From NCBI GenBank assembly GCA_030619825.1, contig JAUXAS010000022.1:1-12314 (forward strand): a DNA stretch of 12,314 nucleotides, given 5' to 3'. Within the stretch, counting starts at the first letter, position 1, and each line of letters begins with the position of its first letter. This DNA comes from Hadesarchaea archaeon. GTDB taxonomy: Archaea; Hadarchaeota; Hadarchaeia; Hadarchaeales; Hadarchaeaceae. The position numbers and the translations under genes are program-made. The notes beneath the pieces were generated by a model. The model saw only the letters and a program-made list of their open reading frames with translations, was not told where the DNA came from and did not search any database. Below, one piece after another: positions 1-5,416 of this stretch.

Positions 1-938
1 TGAGTTGTGTGCTAGGATACGATTGGCACAGCAGCGGTACCACTACGGTAACAATGGGGGCGCTCAAGGAAGCCTTAAAGCCGGAGGAGCTCGGCATAGT
101 GGTCTGCGGTGGAAAGGGTAAAGTTTCAAGGCGGACACCAAGCGAGATTGAAAAATTTTCAGACGTTTTTTCCTTATCAGACAAAAAAATTGGGGAGCTA
201 AAATATGCCAGTCGGATGGCCGCAAAGGTCGACAACACCTGCCTGCAGGACGGTTACCAGCTCTACCACCACTGCTTCGTGCTGAGCGAGGACGGCGATT
301 GGGCGGTGGTGCAGCAGGGCATGCACGAGCGATTGGCACGGCGCTATCACTGGCTCTCCGAGGACATTCGCAGTTTCGTCGAGGAGCCCCACACGGGCAT
401 CGCGGGTGATCGGAGAGAAAAGGTGGTCCTCGACATGACCGCACGCGATAGTGAGGAAACACGAAAGACGAGCCTTGACTTTGTGCGTGACGACCCGAGG
501 CGGTTGGGGGGCTACGTTCGGGAAGCTGAGCAGCGGACGCTCGACGATTACCTAGCGCGCTCCCCGCAGGTGCTCACCCTGATAATGCCTACCCGGCACA
601 CGATCTCGGACCTCACCGAGCGAACGATGGCGGCGCTTCGCAAGGCCTACGAACTCCAGCCCTCGAACTACGAAGAACTAGTGGCAATACGGGGAATCGG
701 CCCAAAAGCCGTGCGAGCGCTCGCGCTGGTCTCGGACCTCATCTACGGGAAATCACCTTCCTGGCGAGATCCTGCCAAATACAGTTTCGCACACGGTGGC
801 AAAGATGGAGTGCCCTATCCCGTGGATAAACTAACCTACCAAAAAACCACAGAAATTTTAGAGGGAGCGATTCAGGAGGCCAAGCTCGAGCGAAAGGAGA
901 AGCTCAACGCGATCCGCAGGCTACATGAGTTCCTCTGA
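1..938 (+). CDS. DUF763-family protein with a helix-hairpin-helix-like motif, 5'-truncated
   Basis: Family-typical motifs CVLGYDWHSSGTTT, LQDGYQLYHH, WAVVQQGM, ARRYHW and SFAHGGKDGVPYPVD, plus HhH-like IRGIGPKAVRAL. The frame is open to the window edge (AGT TGT GTG at 3-11), so the true start lies upstream. Stop TGA at 936-938. Confidence 0.85.
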   Translation, partial: SCVLGYDWHSSGTTTVTMGALKEALKPEELGIVVCGGKGKVSRRTPSEIEKFSDVFSLSDKKIGELKYASRMAAKVDNTCLQDGYQLYHHCFVLSEDGDWAVVQQGMHERLARRYHWLSEDIRSFVEEPHTGIAGDRREKVVLDMTARDSEETRKTSLDFVRDDPRRLGGYVREAEQRTLDDYLARSPQVLTLIMPTRHTISDLTERTMAALRKAYELQPSNYEELVAIRGIGPKAVRALALVSDLIYGKSPSWRDPAKYSFAHGGKDGVPYPVDKLTYQKTTEILEGAIQEAKLERKEKLNAIRRLHEFL

Positions 939-949
939 AGATTTAAGAG
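937..949 (+). promoter_or_regulatory. Putative BRE/TATA promoter for tRNA-Tyr
   Basis: Purine-rich GAAGA followed by TTTAAGAG (942-949), about 25 nt before the tRNA 5' end at 975. Confidence 0.45.
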
Positions 950-1013
950 ATGAAAAATCTAAATTTTAATGGTCCCCGCGGTAACTCAGCCTGGTTAGAG
1001 TGGTCGGCTGTAG

Positions 1014-1025
1014 ACCCAAGCCGAA
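1014..1025 (+). other. tRNA-Tyr intron 1, canonical position 37/38, 12 nt
   Basis: Removing ACCCAAGCCGAA restores the 7-nt loop CUGUAGA. The AAA bulge at 1024-1026 and central helix CUGU/GCCG (one U-C mismatch) give a relaxed bulge-helix-loop. The ACC repeat makes the boundary ambiguous by up to 3 nt from sequence alone. Confidence 0.8.
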
Positions 1026-1047
1026 ACCGACATGTCGGGAGTTCAAA

Positions 1048-1067
1048 GGGGTTTCAAGCCCGGAAAT
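1048..1067 (+). other. tRNA-Tyr intron 2, non-canonical position 59/60 (T-loop), 20 nt
   Basis: Removal restores T-loop TTCAAAT. BHB geometry: T-stem as outer helix, bulge AT|T 1066-1068, central helix UUCA/GGAA (one A-G mismatch), bulge AA|G 1046-1048, inner helix GGGUU/AGCCC. Confidence 0.85.
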
Positions 1068-1088
1068 TCTCCCCCGCGGGACCACTTA

Positions 1089-1103
1089 AACAAGCTTTTT
1101 AAT
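1089..1103 (+). promoter_or_regulatory. Putative BRE/TATA promoter for 5S rRNA; the T-run may also terminate tRNA-Tyr
   Basis: AACAAGC-TTTTTAAT ends about 20 nt upstream of the 5S start at 1124. Confidence 0.5.
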
Positions 1104-1123
1104 TCCAAAACCAAGAATTAATC

Positions 1124-1249
1124 GGGCTGGCGGTCACAGCGGCGGGGAAACTCCGGCACTCATTCCGAACGCCGAAGATAAGCCTGCCAGCGATCTAGAC
1201 TGTACTGTGTTCCGAGAGGGCCCGGAAACTCTAGGACGCTGCCAGCCCA
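1124..1249 (+). rRNA. rrf: 5S ribosomal RNA
   Basis: Terminal helix GGGCTGGCGG (1124-1133) / CTGCCAGCCC (1239-1248). Conserved 5S motifs CAGCGGCGGGG, CATTCCGAAC, GAAGATAAGCC, GTACTG and a GAGA tetraloop. About 125 nt; ends uncertain by 2 nt. Confidence 0.95.
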
Positions 1250-1254
1250 CTTAA

Positions 1255-1270
1255 GTAAAAACTTATTATT
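1255..1270 (+). promoter_or_regulatory. Putative BRE/TATA promoter for tRNA-Asp
   Basis: GTAAAAAC-TTATTATT ends about 22 nt before the tRNA start at 1293. Confidence 0.45.
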
Positions 1271-1292
1271 GGCGTGGTTCAGTTTTATTTGG

Positions 1293-1398
1293 GCCCTGGT
1301 GGTGTAGACCGGTCTAATCCGGAGTAATAAATGACTCCGGAGGCTAAACATGTAGGCCTGTCGAGCCTACGCCTCGGGTTCAAATCCCGGCCAGGGCG
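1293..1398 (+). tRNA. tRNA-Asp(GUC) with D-loop intron; CCA not encoded
   Basis: Acceptor GCCCTGG 1293-1299 / CCAGGGC 1391-1397, discriminator G at 1398. D-stem GTGT/ACAT, anticodon stem TAGGC/GCCTA, GTC at 1360-1362, T-arm TCGGG-TTCAAAT-CCCGG. Confidence 0.93.
1317..1347 (+). other. tRNA-Asp intron, non-canonical position 21/22, 31 nt
   Basis: Central helix GGUC (1311-1314) / GGCU (1342-1345), 5' bulge UA|A, inner 8-bp helix TCCGGAGT/ACTCCGGA, 3' cut AA|A with no adjacent outer pair. Removal restores the 11-nt D-loop AGACCGGTCTA. Confidence 0.88.
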
Positions 1399-1519
1399 CC
1401 TCCTTTTAGGGTTCTCTATCAAGTCGCCCCAACCATCATTTAGGTTCAAGTTAGCGACTAAATATCAAGCGATCAACAAGAGTAATGGTGAAATAAGGAC
1501 GGGAATGGGGTGAGAAACG

Positions 1520-1630
1520 GTGCCATTTGCTGCAACGAGAATTGCGTGGAAGGCGGAGAAGAAGTTCAAGAAAAGAAAAAAGAAACGCTCGAAGAAAAAG
1601 GTGAGAATGAAACGGCAAAGCAAAAGATAA
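1520..1630 (+). CDS. 36-aa Lys/Arg-rich microprotein, candidate eL41/eS32-like ribosomal protein
   Basis: Shine-Dalgarno GGGGTGA at 1507-1513, GTG at 1520, TAA at 1628-1630. Translation MPFAATRIAWKAEKKFKKRKKKRSKKKVRMKRQSKR (19 of 36 residues K/R). Absent from the ORF track, whose shortest entries are 60 aa. Confidence 0.65.
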   Translation: MPFAATRIAWKAEKKFKKRKKKRSKKKVRMKRQSKR

Positions 1631-1712
1631 CTGTAGAAATAATCTAGGCCAAATAAGTTAACATAACCCCCTTTGAGCAAGCCTTAAATGAGCTTCCGAT
1701 GATTTTAAATAG

Positions 1713-1727
1713 CGAAAAGCATAAAAA
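1713..1727 (+). promoter_or_regulatory. Putative BRE/TATA promoter for tRNA-Lys and possibly the rpo operon
   Basis: CGAAAAG (BRE-like) followed by CATAAAAA, ending 24 nt before the tRNA start at 1752. Confidence 0.55.
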
Positions 1728-1751
1728 GGAGAGTCAATAGCCGCTTTCTGG

Positions 1752-1826
1752 GGGCCCGTAGCGCAGTCTGGCTAGCGCACCGGCCTTTTAAGCCGGGTGT
1801 CGAGGGTTCGAATCCCTCCGGGCCCG
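1752..1826 (+). tRNA. tRNA-Lys(UUU), no intron, CCA not encoded
   Basis: Acceptor GGGCCCG/CGGGCCC with discriminator G, D-stem GCGC/GCGC, anticodon stem CCGGC/GCCGG, TTT at 1787-1789, T-arm GAGGG-TTCGAAT-CCCTC. Confidence 0.97.
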
Positions 1827-1852
1827 TTGCGAGGCGGCGCGCGGGGAAAGGT

Positions 1853-2095
1853 ATGTCAGTCGGGTTTGATATCGGGCAGCACGTGCTTGTGCCAAAACAT
1901 GAGATCTTATCGAAGGAAAAGGCGCGAGAGGTTCTTGAACGCTACAAAATTTCCCCCCACCAGCTCCCACTTATCAAGAGCTCCGATCCCGTTGTCAAAG
2001 CCATCGGCGCAAAGCCTGGCGACATCCTCCAGATCACCCGCGATAGTCCCACTGCAGGAAGAGCTATCGCGTACAGATTCGTGATCGAGGAGTAG
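1853..2095 (+). CDS. rpoH: DNA-directed RNA polymerase subunit H (Rpo5)
   Basis: Motifs HVLVPKHEIL, QLPLIKSSDPV, GAKPGD and RDSPTAG..YR; canonical position before rpoB. Confidence 0.97.
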   Translation: MSVGFDIGQHVLVPKHEILSKEKAREVLERYKISPHQLPLIKSSDPVVKAIGAKPGDILQITRDSPTAGRAIAYRFVIEE

Positions 2096-5000
2096 GTGAT
2101 GCGCACGCAGGACACTTGGCCGTTGGTCGAGGCTTTCTTCAGGGAAAAAGGGCTCGTGAGACAGCACTTGGACTCTTACAACGCCTTCATCGAGCACGGA
2201 ATCCAGCGAGTGATTGATGAAATAAGCGGCATAAAACTTGACATAGAAGGTGTCGATGTCAAGTTCGGCCAAGTGAAGCTGGGCAAGTCCTCGGTCAGGG
2301 AAGCCGATGGCTCCCGCCCTGAAATATCTCCCAACGAGGCGAGGCTGCGCAACTTCAGCTACACCGCACCGATTCACCTCGACATGGTCCTCGTCAGGCG
2401 GGGAAAGGAAGGGCCGCCAGAGACGGTCTATATTGGTGAGATGCCGGTGATGCTCAAGTCGGATCTCTGCAACCTGAGCGAGAAGAGCGGGGATGAGTTA
2501 ATAGCTGCTGGCGAGGACCCGCTCGACCCCGGAGGCTACTTTATCACCAACGGCTCGGAGCGCGTAATCGTGACCCAAGAGGATCTTGCGTCGAACTCAA
2601 TCTTGGTCGAACGCGACGAGCGCATGAGCACTGAGGTTGCAAAGGTGTTCTCAACTCAGCGCGGTTTTCGAGCTCTCGTTGTGGTCGAGCGAAAGCGCGA
2701 CGGCCTGCTGCGCGTTTCGTTCCCGGCCGTTCCAGGGCAAGTACCGTTCGTGGTCCTGATGCGTGCCTTGGGACTCGAGAGTGACCGCGAAATCGTTGAA
2801 GCAGTTTCCGACGACCCCGAACTCGTCCGAGAACTCTTCGAGAACCTCCAGGAAGCGATCGAAGTAAAAACACGTGAGGATGCTCTAGACCTTATAGGAA
2901 AACGGGTGGCCATCGGGCAAACCAAAGAATATCGGTTACAGCGGGCCCAAGAGGTTTTAGACCGATACCTTTTACCCCACATAGGCTCCCGTCCGACCGA
3001 CCGCATCAGCAAGATGTACTACCTTGGCAGAATGGCTGAGCAGGTGATAGAACTGGCGCTTGGGCGGAGGAATGTGGATGACAAGGACCACTACGCGAAC
3101 AAGCGTCTGAAACTTGCGGGCGATTTGCTCCAGAACGTGTTCAGGTTGGCCTTCCTCAACCTCACCCGAGACATCAAGTATCAGCTGGAGCGGGCAAATA
3201 CAAGAGGTAGGGATCTCAACCTCAAGACTGCCGCGCGCGCGGACGTGCTGACCGAGCGGGTCCGACACGCCCTGGCCACAGGCAACTGGCCTGGCGGGCG
3301 AACCGGGGTGAGCCAACTCTTGGACCGGACGAACTACATTTCCGCCATCTCACACTTGCGCCGCGTCGTCTCCCCGCTGAGCAGGAGCCAACCCCACTTC
3401 GAGGCACGTGACCTCCATCCGACACACTGGGGAAAGATATGCCCGTGTGAGACCCCGGAGGGCCCAAACTGTGGACTAGTAAAAAATCTCGCGCTGACGG
3501 CTGAGATCTCAACTGGAACCGAAGAGGGAAAGGTCGAACGACTCCTGTACAAGCTCGGCGTTACAAAGATTCAGAAGGGTAGCGAGCGCAAAGGCAAGGG
3601 CGCCTCCTATGTCAACGGGCGGTTAATCGGCATAGTCGAAGACGGAAAAAAGCTCGCGGAGGAACTCCGGCGGCACCGTCGCAAGGGGGGCATCGACGAG
3701 CAGATCAACATAGCGTACAGGGAGGGCACAAACGAGGTATGGGTGAATACGGACGCCGGACGAGTGCGCAGATCGCTAATCGTCGTCGAAGGTGGAAAAA
3801 TCCTCCTGACCGATGAACACATCGAAAAAGTTAAGAGTGGTGAGCTCACTTGGCGTGACCTAATTCGAGAGGGTGTAATTGAGTATTTGGATGCCGAGGA
3901 GGAGGAAAACTCTTACGTCACGGTCTCGGAAGATGTGCTGACGCCCGACCACACTCACTTGGAGCTTCACCAGCTAGCGATCTTGGGGATAAGCGCCGCC
4001 CTCATCCCCTATGCCGAACACAATCAATCCCCACGAAATACCTACGGTGCAAACATGTCCAAACAAGCGCTCGGAGTCGGAGTAATCAATATTCACAACC
4101 GCGTGGATACGCGGGGTCATTTTTTGCACTACCCGCAAGTCCCACTTATTATGACCAAGGTGATGGACGCGGTAGGCTTCGACAGCAGGGCTGCTGGGCA
4201 GAATGTTGTGGTGGCGATTGCGACCTACGGCGGCTACAACATGGAAGATGCCCTCATCGTCAACAGAAATTCCATTGACCGCGGCTTCGGGCGAACGACG
4301 TTTTGCAGGGTTTATGAGGCCGAGGAGGGCCGGTACCCCGGAGGGCAAGAGGACAAGTTTGAGATCCCAAGCGAGGAGATTCGGGGGTACGCTGACGCGA
4401 GCCTCTATCGGAACCTCGGGGACGATGGGATAACTGAGGTTGAATCTGAAGTCCGGGGTGAGGATGTCTTGGTCGGGCGAACCAGCCCACCGAGATTCTT
4501 AGAGGAGATAGATGAGTTTGGCATAGCAGTCGAGCATGGACGTCGGGAAAGTTCGATGAGGGTCAGACACAGCGAGGAAGGAATCGTCGACATGGTCCTC
4601 CTGAGCACGACATTGGAGGGAAACAAACTCGCGCGGGTTCGGGTCAGGGATCTGCGCATACCCGAAACCGGGGACAAGCTTGCATCCAGGCACGGTCAGA
4701 AGGGCGTCATTGGGATCATCCTCGACAGCGCTGACATGCCGTTCACTGAGAATGGAATAGTGCCTGATGTCCTAATCAACCCGCACGCCATCCCCTCACG
4801 CATGTCAGTTGGACAGTTGCTGGAGATGATTGCCGGCAAGGTTGGAGCGATGGCGGGGCAGCGAGTCGATGGCACCCCATTTAAGGGAACGCCAGAAAAA
4901 CAGCTGCGCGAGATGTTGCACGCTTACGGGTTCAAGCACACGGGTAAAGAGGTCATGTACAATGGGATCACGGGCGAGATGATCCCCACGGACATCTTCG

Positions 5001-5407
5001 TTGGCGTCTGCTATTATCAGAAGCTGCACCACATGGTAGCGGACAAGATTCATGCTCGCGCTCGAGGGCCGGTACAAGTTCTAACCCATCAACCGACCGA
5101 GGGTAGGGCGCGCGAGGGTGGGTTGCGCTTTGGTGAGATGGAACGTGACTGCTTGGTCGGCCATGGCGCGGCGATGTTGCTAAAGGAACGCCTCCTAGAC
5201 GCCTCGGATAGGTACACCAGCCTAATCTGCGGCAAGTGCGGCAGCTTTGCGGTTTACGACAGGCGGCGAGATCGTACGTACTGCCCGGTTTGCGACGAGG
5301 ATTCAGAGATTTACGGGGTGGAGATGTCCTATGCGTTCAAGCTACTCATTGACGAGCTGAGGTCGATGTGCATGTCGCCACACTTGCGGCTGAAGGATAG
5401 GGCCTAG
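2096..5407 (+). CDS. rpoB: DNA-directed RNA polymerase subunit B (Rpo2), unsplit
   Basis: Motifs [49 protein letters not shown] and [12 protein letters not shown], with C-terminal CGKC..CPVC. Start is GTG 2096 or ATG 2099. Confidence 0.98.
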   Translation: MMRTQDTWPLVEAFFREKGLVRQHLDSYNAFIEHGIQRVIDEISGIKLDIEGVDVKFGQVKLGKSSVREADGSRPEISPNEARLRNFSYTAPIHLDMVLVRRGKEGPPETVYIGEMPVMLKSDLCNLSEKSGDELIAAGEDPLDPGGYFITNGSERVIVTQEDLASNSILVERDERMSTEVAKVFSTQRGFRALVVVERKRDGLLRVSFPAVPGQVPFVVLMRALGLESDREIVEAVSDDPELVRELFENLQEAIEVKTREDALDLIGKRVAIGQTKEYRLQRAQEVLDRYLLPHIGSRPTDRISKMYYLGRMAEQVIELALGRRNVDDKDHYANKRLKLAGDLLQNVFRLAFLNLTRDIKYQLERANTRGRDLNLKTAARADVLTERVRHALATGNWPGGRTGVSQLLDRTNYISAISHLRRVVSPLSRSQPHFEARDLHPTHWGKICPCETPEGPNCGLVKNLALTAEISTGTEEGKVERLLYKLGVTKIQKGSERKGKGASYVNGRLIGIVEDGKKLAEELRRHRRKGGIDEQINIAYREGTNEVWVNTDAGRVRRSLIVVEGGKILLTDEHIEKVKSGELTWRDLIREGVIEYLDAEEEENSYVTVSEDVLTPDHTHLELHQLAILGISAALIPYAEHNQSPRNTYGANMSKQALGVGVINIHNRVDTRGHFLHYPQVPLIMTKVMDAVGFDSRAAGQNVVVAIATYGGYNMEDALIVNRNSIDRGFGRTTFCRVYEAEEGRYPGGQEDKFEIPSEEIRGYADASLYRNLGDDGITEVESEVRGEDVLVGRTSPPRFLEEIDEFGIAVEHGRRESSMRVRHSEEGIVDMVLLSTTLEGNKLARVRVRDLRIPETGDKLASRHGQKGVIGIILDSADMPFTENGIVPDVLINPHAIPSRMSVGQLLEMIAGKVGAMAGQRVDGTPFKGTPEKQLREMLHAYGFKHTGKEVMYNGITGEMIPTDIFVGVCYYQKLHHMVADKIHARARGPVQVLTHQPTEGRAREGGLRFGEMERDCLVGHGAAMLLKERLLDASDRYTSLICGKCGSFAVYDRRRDRTYCPVCDEDSEIYGVEMSYAFKLLIDELRSMCMSPHLRLKDRA

Positions 5408-5416
5408 GTGATGATT

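Larger units (their letters stand above)
975..1084 (+). tRNA. tRNA-Tyr(GUA) with two introns and encoded CCA
   Basis: Acceptor CCCGCGG 975-981 / CCGCGGG 1074-1080 (C1:G72 and A73, the archaeal Tyr identity), CCA at 1082-1084. D-stem ACTC/GAGT, anticodon stem GTCGG/CCGAC, GTA at 1010-1012, T-stem GGGAG/CTCCC. A normal cloverleaf forms only after removing 1014-1025 and 1048-1067. Confidence 0.93.

Noticed and set aside
1318..1341. Perfect 8-bp inverted repeat as a terminator, operator or mobile-element end
   Set aside because: Fully explained as the inner helix of the tRNA-Asp intron.
1422..1460. AGTCGC/GCGACT inverted repeat in the spacer after tRNA-Asp
   Set aside because: Only 6 bp with a long loop; consistent with chance.
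1465..1680. 71-aa Phe-rich minus-strand ORF resembling a membrane peptide
   Set aside because: The Phe/Leu run is the reverse complement of the Lys codons of the + strand micro-ORF, which has the clear SD.
1690..1750. Possible C/D-box sRNA (CGATGA near 1697)
   Set aside because: Imperfect C box and no downstream CTGA D box before the tRNA.
1160..2084. Short ORFs 1160-1351, 1331-1513, 1788-1970 and 1797-2084
   Set aside because: They overlap the 5S rRNA, tRNAs or rpoH and show no coding signal.
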